Assembly: GCA_043228905.1 (NCBI GenBank)
Contig: JBHGNT010000009.1
Coordinates: forward strand, 12,462,001-12,526,000
Origin: Azolla caroliniana
Taxonomy: Eukaryota > Plantae > Polypodiophyta
Direction: 5' to 3'
DNA length: 64,000 nucleotides
Position numbers and translations under genes: made by a program. The stretch's first letter is position 1. Each line of letters starts with the position of its first letter. Under the pieces are notes generated by a model, which made no database searches, was not told where the DNA came from, and saw only the letters and a program-made list of their open reading frames with translations. Positions 10,793 through 23,681 of the stretch are shown piece by piece.

Positions 10793-13477
10793 CGAACACC
10801 GATAGGATTAGTCCGTATGTGCACACTACCACAAGGCGCAACGAACTCGGTCGCACACATGATGAATGGAATGAACAAGGTGCTTCAAGACTGCATTTTG
10901 GAGATAATGATGCCGTTCCTAGATGACATTCCGATGAAAGGATGCGCGGTGGAAGAAAAAGATGAGACTATGGATGATCGGGGATGCCGACAATTCGTAG
11001 TCGACCATATTCACGATTGCGAGAAAGAACTACGAAAGTTAGAAGATGTGCACCTAACACTTTCCGGAGAGAAATCGACATTCGGACAAGAAGAAATATT
11101 GGTAGTCAAACATCTATGTGGGCCCTACGGCCGAAGACCGTCACCAACCAAGATCGATGCGATTCAAGCTATGAAAGAAATATGCGAGTCACAATCCGAA
11201 GTCTGACAGTTTCTTGGAGCATGTGCATTCTATTAGATATGGATTCCGCACTATGCACATATTGCGGACCCACTCTATCACTTGTTGCGGAAGGGTAAGA
11301 AGTTCGAATGGAGACCGGAACACACCAAAGCCATGAAGAAGCTTAAGAAAACACTACGGAGGGCAGAATCACTTAAGAAGCCGAGCTATGACCGACGGAT
11401 CATAGTAACGGTTGACACAAGTCCAACCGAAATCGGATGGGTCATCAATCAAGCCGACTCGAATGGTTCGCGATATCCGATCCGATTCGGAGCAAAGGTT
11501 CTCAATGAAAGGCAATGCGGGTATGCACAAGTCAAAAGAGAATTATGGGGAGTTGTGTCGGCAATCAAATCGGATCTAGATTATTTGATTCGAGCCGAAA
11601 TAGTGATCAAAACGGATTGTCTTCCGATACTCGGGATAATGCGGTGTTGTACTATACCGGATGTGGCTATGCTAAGGTGGATTGCATATGTTAAGTCACT
11701 TAATCCGGAGGTACGCCACATCTCCGGAAAAGACAACACGGTAGCGGATATGCTATCAAGGGCGCGGTTCGGAGATAACATAACCGAATCTGATAATGAA
11801 GAATTTTCCGATGACTACTTTGCGTCAGAGCACATATCCCGGGTGAACGTAATCCGAGAATTCCGGGAAGAAGAATACGAGGGAGAAAACTTGCTGATCG
11901 GGAAAGTGCTACAAGAAATCGAGGAATCATCGGACAATAAAGAGAAGAGTGCTAAGATCCGAAGTAAGAAGCGGCAAGTTTGAAAGTTCTTCTTGAAAAA
12001 TGGATTAATATGGAGGGAGCCGAAAAGACCGGATGGCATACCACTTCAAGTAGTCGGGATAAAAGAGCAATGAAACAAGATAATGTCCGAATTTGATGAA
12101 TCCGATTGGGCTGGACATCGGGGAACATGGGCAACATTTGTGAAGATCAAGCAAAGATATTGGTGGAAGAATATGTACAAAGATGTCGCGGAGTTCACAG
12201 AAAGCTGCGAGAAATGCCAAGTCTACTCCGGGGTTCGACACCGAGATGAGTTACATCTGACATTCTCACCCACAATCAACTTCAAATGGATGGTCCACAT
12301 TGTAGCCATGCCAACCGGGATCGAACAAAAGAAGTACTTGGTGTTAGCTCGGGAAGATCTTACAAACCAAGTAGAAGGTCGAGCGCTACAGAGAAAAACA
12401 TGTTCTGCGGTATGCGAATTTCTTTTGGGAGAAGTGTATTGTAGGTACGGGTGCGTAGGACAAGTGATTGCGGATCGGGGAGAACTCAACTCTAATAAAG
12501 CTAGGGAATTCTTCACCAAACATGGAGTTCGGTTAACACTAACAACGGCATACAATCCGGAAGCCAACGGGAAGATCGAACGAGGACATAGTCCAATCGT
12601 CAAAGCACTTGCAAAAGCATGCGACGGAAGGGTGAAGGATTGGCTACAGATGCTCCTGTATGCACTATGGGCGGATCGTATGACGCATAGTTCCGTGACC
12701 GGTTTTATGCCAGTTGAACTCATGACCGAACAAACACTGGTAATGCCGACGGAAACCACAATTGCGACATGGATAGTGCTGCCGTGGAAGGAAGAGATGA
12801 GCCGGGAAGAACTACTAGTGGTCCGGATACGATAATTGGAGGGAAGACCAGAAGACATAGCAGAAGCAACATGCCGACAATAGGAAGCGCGATTCCGGAA
12901 CAAAAGCCGATTCAACACAAAGCATCGACTACGATCGTGGAAGATTGAAGAAGGAGATTGGGTGATTGTCTATAATAGTAGTCTGGATCATCAACATACA
13001 ACGATACAAAAGTTCGCGAAAAGGTGGTTTGGGCCATACGAGGTTCGGAAAGTTTTCGAGAACGCAACTTACCGACTATGCGAGTTGGATGGAACAGTAC
13101 TACGGGTGCCTATAGCGGGGAAACGGGTGAAGATTTTCAAGAAGCGAACTGACGAAGAACCCTATGTAACCCTAGACAAGACCGACATTGAGGAACAACC
13201 GGACAAAGATCGCGGTGATACGGAAAGCGAAGAAAGTGCACTACAATTCGTAGTCGACATAAGGGGAGAATCGGAGAGTGCTACGGATAAAGACGAATAA
13301 CATGCATCGGGAACTTCGGCACATACCGGAAGATGTGCGGTTTCAGAGGGGGTGAGTGTCATAGTGTAGTCTGCGCACACTACGTGAAAAATGTAAAAAT
13401 AATATATCCGATTTAAGTACATATATATAAATAAAAGAAAATATTAAAATATTTATTACATGCATAGGGCAAGATTC
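10793..13477 (+). mobile_element. Gypsy element D, 3' half (RT-RH-IN, PPT, truncated 3' LTR)
   Basis: RT (CTLPQGATN, PFLDD), RNase H (VTVDTS), integrase (DRGEL, YNPEANGKIERGH, WFGPY). PPT GAGGGGGTGAG 13346-13356. LTR starts TGTCATAGTG at 13357 like the J LTR at 37619 and breaks off at 13477. Confidence 0.9.
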
Positions 13478-16400
13478 CTTTGGGCGAATCGTCGGGGGCC
13501 CAAAGGAAAAGAACCCTTTAGATGCGTGTGGTGTGATAGCATGGACCACATGAGAAGGGATTGTGTGAGCCTTCGAGATGCCATTCAACAAAATATTGTA
13601 TACATGGATGGCAACATGATCTGCTCGAGTGAGACTAGAAGACCACTACGAGTGAATTTCGGAAGAGGGGGAATGAAGAAAGCTATGGAGGATGCCGAGG
13701 CGACTCATGTGGATGCGATGCAATATGCTGCGTTGACCAGAATAAGAGTCGGGAAAGACAAAACTGAAGCTGCTAAAGCGGGAGCAAAGTTCTGGTCTAT
13801 AGTTCTCGAGTATGAGAAGGAATTGGGCACGAGCGACAACGGAGACGTCGGTGAAGATCGGGGAGAAGAAAGAGACCGTGGTAGCCTTGATCGACCATGG
13901 CTCGGAGATCAACCTCGTGTCAACTGACTTCTACGAAAAAGGAAGATGGCCAATTAATACAAACCACGAATGGAAGATTCGAGCGGCAACAAAGGCGACA
14001 GAAGACTTGTACGGAGCTTGTCCAAATGTTAAAGTCATGATCAGGGATGTGGAGATGGATCAACACTTCTTCGTACAAGAATCGGCTTCGCAGCCTGTCA
14101 TCCTAGGTCAACCGTATATCACATCATCCCAGATGGAGACCAAGGTGTTCGATAATGGAGCAGCCTTCACGCGAATGAAGAGTCTTGACAATCAAAGATC
14201 TGTTCAATTCCTAACGGTGCGAGCTAATCATGAAAGAAATCGAGATAGACTTGGAGGCGAATCCTCGGATTTTTAGAGCGGACTATTGAAGCATGGGGCA
14301 CAAATAGTCCGAGCGATCACAAGTCCCTACAAGAAAGTAGAGTGTGTGGATTGCGAGGAGAAGCAACATGTGTCACACCTAGTGGCACATGTAAACTAGT
14401 ACTTCCCAAAAAGAAGGACAAGTGTCGGATACAAGACTTGGAGAAGATGCTGAAAGAAGAAAACATAATAGAAGAAGAAGAGTTCGTGACTCATATTATG
14501 GAAGAAGCCTCATTTAACGACACCATCGGCGAAATCGAGGAACTTGTGGACTTGAGCTATCTTCGCGATCAACACGTGATTTCGGTTAACTCCGTCAACA
14601 TGTATGCTATCATCGATTAATACCATCGTGGCATCTTGATGGAGGAAGTTGAAGTCAACACAAAATATAAAACGGTGGATAAGAAGATCAAGCCAGTTGC
14701 GGTTCCGCTACCGGAAGATAGCTGGCAAAAGATGAAGAAAGTTGCTAATGATCCAAGGTTAAGAGATCCAAAGGCAATAGGTCATGTCTTCACCGAAGAG
14801 ATGAAAGGAAAGCTACGATTTGGAAGGGAGGATTTCCTCCTCCCTGAAGAGGAGTGAATATTTCGTGACATGCTTGAGAGACATGGGAAGGCTTTCACAT
14901 TTTTCCCACAAGAAATCGGATGTGCTAATCCAAGGACGATAGAGCCGATGGTGATCTTCACGGTGCCGCATGTACCTTGGAATTTGAAACTGATACCGAT
15001 TCCGAGAGCACACCTACCGAAGCTAATTGAGCTCTTAAAGGAGAAGGTGAATATAGGAATTTTGGAACTATTGAATGATCCTTATTCTAATAGGTGGTTC
15101 ACGGTGCCGAAGAAGAATGGATCATTGCGATTCATCCAAGATCTTCAACCGTCAACAAGGTGACAATTCGGAATGCTGGAATTGCTCCGAGCGTGGATGA
15201 ATTTGCCGAAGCGTTTGCAGGGCGGTCCATCTACTCCATTGGTAATCTCTACTCTGGATACGACCAATTTCAGTTGGCGATTGACGGTCGTGACATTACA
15301 ACCATGAGGACTCCGATCGGGCTCGTGCGGATGTGTACCTTGCCTCAAGGTGCAACGAACTTGGTGGCTCATATGGTGAATGCCATGAACAAGGTCTTGA
15401 AGGATTACATCCCGGACATTACCATGCCATTCTTGGATGATATTCTGATAAGAGGATGTTCAGATGAGGAGAAAGATGAATCGAAAGATAAGGAAGGGTG
15501 TAGAAAGTTCATCGTGGATCATATGAAAGATTGTGAGAAGGTGCTCCAAAGGCTCGAAGATGCGAATTTGACATTTTCGAGAGAAAAATCCGCATTCGGG
15601 CAACCAAAGATCTTGGTGGTAGGTCACTTGTGCGGAGCATACGGCTGGAAGCCTTCGCCATCCAAGGTGAACATGATCCAGGATATGAAAGAAGAATGCG
15701 TAAACCAAACAGAGGTTTGAAGGTTCCTTGGAGCATGCGTGTTTTATCATATCTGGATTCTGCACTATGCTCATGTTGCCGAGACTTTATATGGATTGAT
15801 AAAGAAAAGAATGAAGTTCGAATGGCGAGACGAGCACACAAACGCGATGCGAAGATTGAAGAAACTACTTCTTGAAGCTCCAACACTAAGAAAGGCCGAC
15901 TATACTGAAGGGAAGCCAATTTATGTGACTGTAGATACGAGCCCAACCGGAATCGGGTGGGTCATCAACCAAGAAGGAGAAGATAATGCGCGGTATGTCA
16001 TACAGTTCGGGGCAAAGGTTCTCAGCGAACGACAACGAGGATACGCCTAAGTCAAGCGGGAACTTTGGGGTATTGTGTTGGTAGTGAAGACGGACAAAGA
16101 CTACCTGATCGGGTTGGAAGTGATAATTGAGACAGATTGTCTCCCAATCCTCGGGATGATCTCGAGATGTGCGACCCCAGATCTAGCTATGCTAAGGTGG
16201 GTCGCCTATATCAATTCTTTAAGCCCAGAGATCCGCCACATTGCAAGGAAGAAGAACACCATGGCTGACATGCTATCAAGGGCAAGATGTGAGAATGAAG
16301 GTGACATGGTTTCGGAAGATGAAGACGTCACCCTCGACTTCTTCAAGATGGCTCGACTATCGGCAGAAGACAAGGTCACGCTAACCCTCCACAACTTCAA

Positions 16401-16656
16401 TGAGGAAGAGTACAAATGAGAGTGGTTACTGATCGGTAGATTCTTAAGAACAATGCCGACGGATGCTTCATTGACAAAGGTGGAGGCTCTACGAATCTAG
16501 AAGAAAGCTTACCAATACTTCTTGAGGGGAGGATTCCTTTGGCGACACCCAAAAAGAAGGACAGGAATGCCACGTTGAGTGGTGGTAAAGAAAGAAGATC
16601 AAGTGACGTTGATTACCGAATTACACGACAGTCCTTGGGCAAGTCATAGAGGAACA
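13478..16656 (+). mobile_element. Gypsy element E internal fragment (gag knuckle, PR, RT, RH, start of IN), related to D
   Basis: CVWCDSMDHMRRDC knuckle, ALIDHGSEINLV protease, YSGYDQF/PFLDD RT, VTVDTSPTGIGW RNase H. Many stops. Both ends are junctions to other elements. Confidence 0.88.
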
Positions 16657-18053
16657 GATTGAGCAATGGATTCGCATATTGCACTCCACTGCGGAATGCC
16701 CCGAGTTCAAGCAAATCGTGCACCGGATTGCTTGATGAAATTGGCGTTCCTCATCCTGAGGTAACGCTTGTCGTGAGGACATAGAAAACCTTTCCTCCTC
16801 ATCATCCAACTCGAGCTGTAACACTCGTTCAATTACCATATTCGTCGTTTCCCCTTTCACGCTATTGTTGTTGAGCGTTGCCAGGATGGGCCAGCGTAAA
16901 GCTGCCAGAAATGTTTCCCGAGCCTCTTCCCCCGCGGGGCTTCGTTCCAGTTTCCGTCGTAAATTTTGGAAACATAAGCTGAAGTCCGCTATCGTCTCGG
17001 TCGGTAGTTTCTTAATTGTATAAAACTACCCGAGAATCTCGCATTGTGGAACCCTCCGATGGAAGAATCGCAAGAAAGCGGACTGCAGCTGATCGAAGGT
17101 TGTTATGGCTGGTAAATCCATCTGTGAATGCCAAAACGCCGCACGCCCATCTAGTGTTAATCCGAACTCCGTCATTTTCGACTGGTGTGCCACCGTCTCG
17201 GAGAGATTCTACGCCATGTGGTTCGCATTCCAGACATTCAGGAACATGCGAATATGAGTTGTGGCGTCGGTTTCGCCGTTAAAGCGGGGGTAGGCAAAGG
17301 CCATAGTGGGAGCTACGGCGGATCGGGAAAGACCACAAGGTGGCTGCGGTGAGCGTGGTCCCCGCGTCTCGTCGAGGTATTTGGGGAGCGAAGGATCCCC
17401 TTTGCACTCACGGCAGGTAGTACTGAGGTCGTTGAGGCGCGGCTTTTGCCGTGCGCGTTCTTCTGCCTGGCGTGTGACGGACCTTGTTATTGGTCGGTCT
17501 TGTCGTGTTGGTTCTCTGGGTCGTCTGCAGCTAAACATCCATTCGTTGTTGCTCGTTTGTGAGGAAACATAGATCACCAAGCGTGCCAAAAGTGTTGCTG
17601 TTTAGGAACACGGTCCGCGGTCAGTCCTTCAACCTAGACCTCAAAGTGGGTGTGGAACAATGAACAGGGGTTTAAGCGTAATGCGTAAGGGAAGAACCCC
17701 TGTACCCTATCAGCGTATAAGGGAAGACGGCTACAACCGAATCCCTATCAAGGGTTACACTTACGTACTTCAACGCTTAAGTATTCAAGACACCCACACT
17801 GAATTAGCCATAGCTATACACAGAAGATCAGAGAAGATAGAATTCTATTATCATGCGTTTCTTTACATTCCCAAAATTACACGCACCTCCATCAGAGGTT
17901 TTCTGCCCTTTATATATGCAGGGTCTAATTAGCCGTTCACGCTCCCTGCGTGAACAGTTACATGCGTTATGCTCTTATATAATTTCTTATTCCTACGCTT
18001 TTGTTCGTCGGTTACTATTCCGGCGGACAATACTCACAAACACATTGCCAACA
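16657..18053 (-). mobile_element. Gypsy element F, 5' fragment (LTR, PBS, decayed gag)
   Basis: LTR 17593-18053 (TGTTGC...GCCAACA). PBS-like TGGCACGCTTGGTG on -, probably tRNA-Arg type. Gag motifs YPRFNGETDATTHIRMF and CTICLNSGHSAVEC. Confidence 0.7.
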
Positions 18054-21000
18054 ATGTATATGGCGAAATGGGCACACCGAGTTTTGGGCTTTTTGATATC
18101 TTAAACGTTTAGGCCAACTATCCCATTTTGTATATGGTAGATTCACTGTAATATCATTTTGTGTCGATATCATAATCCTTGGCATCCAACCATCCCATTT
18201 TGTATATTCCCATTTTGCACATGATGTACTCTTTATATATTCACTATCCATTGTAAGAGATTCGGTGTAAAATTAATATTCATTGCCATAATGAGGAAGC
18301 AATATTTTGATGTATATGGTATCTAAGTCGGTGATGCAATATTTTGGTGTAAAAGGTGTCAAAGTGTATTTTGAAATCATGACTGAAAATAAAGTGTATG
18401 ATCAATATGGTGTATAGGTGTATATGGTATCAAAGTTTATATATGAAATCCTCTTTCAATACTATGTGTGAGGAATTAATGGTAGAATATGTGGACAAAC
18501 CCGATGTTTGACAATATATAGAAGGACAATGGTGTGGCCTGACTTGTGTTTGGAGGAATATATGGCCCAAGTTTAGTAGATTATTCAACTATGGACATGT
18601 TGATATTACTACTATTATAAAGAGACATTGACAGTTTATCAAGTACACTGCTTTGAGAGGAGGAATAAACCAATCTATTACCGATCTTGTGCATGTCTTA
18701 ATCAAGGATAGTGAAACCGACACTTGCATCAAAGGGACCATCATGAATGGTACATGTAACGGCAAGAAATATAGTAGATTTGTGACCCATGCAAATTGTA
18801 GGGATCAAAGGTCAAGACTTAAAGAGATTGAGACGATTCTCGAAAGGTATGTGGTTGATACCAAAACGATGGATAATATGGGTGAGGCCCGATATTGGTT
18901 TAGAATATTGAGCATGGCCACTCCCACTCCAATGCTCTTATTGTGATTGCCAAGACCTTGCAAGTAAGTGTAAGCATTTACTCAAAATTTGGATGATCAT
19001 TGAGAGGCATATGTCATCCCTATGTGGGTCGTTATCATTTATAGATCATATGTCCCAAATGCGAATGGATGATATCATAGAAAAAGACATGGAGAGAGAG
19101 GTAGAAGCATATGACATTGAAGTCTAAAATACAAACAACCGAGGAAGTTATTGAATGGTTCAGCCAAGGGTTAGGATCCTTTAACAAGGTTGCATTTGAG
19201 GATTGTCTGCAACAAATGGCAGATCTTCGGAAAAAGGTGTATAGTTTAAGTGTGATGAAAGTAACCAATGAGGTGTATAATTCAGAAGCAACAAATTGGT
19301 GCAAAAAGAGGAGTGAGGCTCGACATTTCACAATAACTTATTGGCAACTCCCCAAACACTTCCGAATCCTATGCCGAAAGATTTACAAAGAGGTGCAAGT
19401 CGGTCTTGGAGGTGGTTGCCAATAAGTGAGACTGAGAAGGTTTGGAGTTTGCATTGCAATCGCTTGATCTTGACTTTCAGGGACTCGAATGCTTATTGCT
19501 GCAAAAATCATGGTTGTATTTTGTTGTCATGAATAGTACTAAAGACAGAGAGGAAAATAGTATTAGAGGTAGAGGAGGATGAGTACTGTGAGTACTTAAG
19601 AGGAAAAGATGGTGTGGAACTCACGAGAGAGAGATGATGGCAATAGAAGATATATATTATAAGGAGAAAGATACAAGAACAACTAGGAGGCTTAAGACTA
19701 GCGTTGAACTAAATTGGTTCTCAATAATGCCATGTGCCTCTTTTTATAGTATGCTTAGGAGTATTCTTGACATTTCTAGAATGTTCCAAAGAAATCTAGA
19801 ATATACATGGATTTCCTAAGTGAAATAATAAATGAAAACAAATCTTTTGTATTACAGTGTATAGCTTAATGATAGGGCTTTAACCCATGTGACACAAGGT
19901 CATGGGTTCAAATCTTTTTGAAGCCATATCAGGCTATATCATGACACTACCCCCCTCTTAAGACGAGTTCCACTCGTCGTCTTAGATTGAGGACCTAGTT
20001 TGTCTGGATATTGTTGATGGAAGTCCTAAATAAGAGCTCGAGCATTTGCTACATTCTCGATTGGTTCCCAAGTACGATCGCTTGGTATATAGCCTAGCCA
20101 ATCGACCAAATAGTAGAGCTTGTTGCGAACAATCTTGGAATCGAGGATGGCGGCAACTTCATAGTCCGGTCCTGCTTCAAGCTCAATCGGGGGTGGAGGT
20201 GGTGTAATACGATTCGGAATAGTGTTGTCTTGATAGGGTTTGAGGAGAGAACTATGAAAAACCGGATGTATCCATAGTTGCGGAGGTAGATCAAGGCGAA
20301 AAGTGACATCATTGATTTTTCTAATAATACAGAAAGGCCCTAATTGTCGATAATCCAATTTATTGCATGGTCGAGTAGTCTTGATGTGTCGTCATAATAG
20401 CCATACCCGATCTCCAATGTTAAAATAGGATGGAAGCCGATGACGATCCGCATAAACCTTTTGTGTTTGTTGAGCTTGATGTAAATGGGTAGATAGGTCT
20501 GCTTGTATCTTGCGTAGCCACTCCAAATGATCCTCTGCACGAGGATTTGTGGGTAACTCCGGAGTTTCAAATCCACACCACCGGGGATGATAGCCTATAT
20601 AAGCAAATTCGTCAAAGTGGAGAATATCCGCCCTATCAACCTATTGATAGCTTAGAAAACACCGAAGATACTATTCTGGTGTTTGATTTGTTTGTTCTTT
20701 TGGTCCGTTTGTTTAAGGTTGATAGTCGAAGGAGAGGTTACAAGTGACCTTGAGCATTTTAAAGAGATGCTTCCAAAATTTCGAGATGAATGGAGGTCCA
20801 CTATCGCTGATGATACACTAGTGGATAGAGTTATTATAAGCAAATTCGTCAAAATGGAGAATATCCGCTCTATCATCCTGTTGATAGCTTAGAAAACACC
20901 GAAGATACTATTCCAGTGTTTGATTTGTTTGTTCTTCTCGTCTGTCTGTTTAAGGGTGATAGTCAGAGGAGAGGTTACATGTGACCTTGTGCATTTTAAA

Positions 21001-23369
21001 GAGATGCTTCCAGACTTTCGAGAAGAATGGAGGTCCATTGTCGCTGATGATACTATATGGGAGGCCATGATGCCGAAATACCTCACGCATGACAATTTCA
21101 ACGGTTTCTTCACTAGTGTTTTCCTTAGTACAAGGCAGGAAATGTGTCATCTTAGTATATCGATCTACTATTGTTAAGATCGCATTGAACCCCTTTGAAA
21201 CTGACAAATTTGTGATAAAATCTGTTAAGATCGCATCGAATCCCTTTGAAATGGATTGCCACATCTTGCTTGGAATTGGTAATGGTTCCAATAAACCATA
21301 TGGATGGTGTCTTGGCATCTTGGCTCTGCAACATGTATCACATGTCTAAACATAGTCTTCAATAAATCGTCGCATAGGAGGCCACCAAAATGATCGTTGT
21401 ACTAAATCCAACGTTTTAGTAATACCAAAATGTCCAGTTGTATATGTGTCATGACAATTTTGGACTACTCGAAGGCGATAAGAACCTTTAGGAACATACA
21501 AGAGTTTCTTAAAGAATAGTAATCCCTCATGACATTCGAATTGTTGATAGTCTGTATCTGGTTGTTGAGACTGTGAACAGGATGCTCGCGAGGGATCAAT
21601 TTGCACTAGAATGGCTTCAATGAAAGTGTCTATCTTCAATTCTTCACGTATCGTATCGATAATGCGGGAATCCAATGGAGTGTCAAAAACCCATGTTGCA
21701 TGTAGTTGTGTTGGTCCCAAGATTACGTGCTTTTGATTATCGAATGTTGGATCATTGGGACGAGGTGCTAGATACGAGCGCCGCGATAATGCATATGCCT
21801 TCCCTTGTTGCTTCCCAAGGTGATATGTAATTTTGAAGTCGAAACGAGTGAGGAATTGGGCCCACCGAGCTTGCCCTCGATTTAATACACGAGAATTCTG
21901 GAAGTAGGCAAGATTTTTGTGACCACCGGATACAGTGACTTGATGAGAAGATCTCTCTAAAAAATGCCTCCATTGTGCAAAAGAGTCCACTATTGCTAAT
22001 AGCTCCTTGTCATGTATCTCGTAATTTATTTCGGCGGCGTCAAACTTGCGCAAGTGGAAAGCCACAAGATGTAGTTTTTCATCATCGCCTTGTTGTGATA
22101 GAATGTTACCAAGGGCGAAATCCGACGCATCTGCCTCAATGATGAATGGTTTTTTCGGATCAACATGAGGTAGAATAGGAGCTGATGTAAATGCTTTCTT
22201 AAGACTCACAAAAGACATGTCCACTTCCTTAGACCAAACAAACGACCGCCCCTTCTTGGTAAGCTGTGTGAGAGGCAAAATAAACTTTGAGTAGTCTTGT
22301 ATAAACTTGCGGTAGAAATTTGCGAAGCCTAAAAAACATTGCACATCTTGCAACGAACATGGAGTTTGCCACATTACCACAATTTTGACCTTAGCTGGAT
22401 CCATAGAGATGCCTTCCGAAGAGATGACATAGCCTAGAAATTCCACCTGGTTGCACTCAAAACTACATTTTTCCAGTTTTGCATAAAGACCATGTTCTCG
22501 AAGTTGTTTTGGTACTAATAGTACATGAGAATCATGCTCTTCTTGAGTCTTCAAATAAACTAGTAGATCATCCAAATAGATGATCAAACAAATATCCAAG
22601 AGATCTCGGAATATATCATTTGCCATGTGCTGGAAGATTGATGGCGCGTTGGTGAGACCGAATAGCATAACCGTATACTCAAAGTGCCCATATCGGGTGT
22701 GAAAAGCGGTCTTCCATTCATCTCCCGGTTGGATCCATACGAGGTTATATGCTCCTCATAAGTCGATCTTTTTGAAGAACCTTGCACCATTAATCCGTTC
22801 TAAAAGACTCAAGATAAGGGGAAGTACATACCTATTCCTGATGGTGACCTTATTCAAGCCATGGTAATCCACGACGAGATGAAGTGAACCATCCTTTTTC
22901 TTGACAGCTGGAGATTTCAAATGTCGAATGAACCCGTTTGCAAAATTCTCCTCTATGTAGGCTCAAAGGACTTCTAGCTCAGTTGGTGACAAGTTGTAGA
23001 TCGATCCCCATGGTGGCTCTTTTCCTAGTTGTAAATCAATGGGACAATCATACGGTCGATGGTGAGGAAGAGTATTGGCTTGTACCTTATCAAACACATC
23101 AGCATAATGACGATACTTCTCTCCAAGTTCAACTATGGATTCCTCTTTAGTGGCGTTGGAAGGTTTTACTGATATTGCGAATACAAACATTGATTCCTTG
23201 CATCCTTCCTCATGCAATTGATGTAGCGAAATGGTTGAAATTCGATGAGTAGATCCTCGGGTTTGTCGCTACCGGATTTTTCTTGTTCTCCAATCTATGT
23301 CTAGGTTATGTAATTCGAACCATGGTAACCCTAAGACAATTGGATGCTCTGGACTACTAATATATTAAA

Positions 23370-23681
23370 GGGAAAAGTATCAGGATACCCCTGGAAGTTC
23401 CGCTATTTACCAGAATGTCCTTGGAAGTTCCAAATTTATCAAACTACCCCTATGTCCAAAAAATTACACTTTATAAAGTAATTATACACTCAAATCTACA
23501 AGCCCTATTTACCAAAGATGGAAGAAATGGACCCGAACTAGCCCTATTTACCAAATATTTGAGTGTATAATTACTTTATAAAGTGTAATTTTTTGGACAT
23601 AGGGGTAGTTTGGTAAATTTGGAACTTCTAGGGCATTCTGGTAAATGGACAAACTTCCAGGGGTATCCTGGTACTTTTCCC
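23370..23681. mobile_element. Mutator-type MITE
   Basis: ~125-bp terminal inverted repeats (GGGAAAAGTA...TACTTTTCCC). 9-bp TSD TATATTAAA/TACATTAAA. Inserted in the G protease region. Confidence 0.92.
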
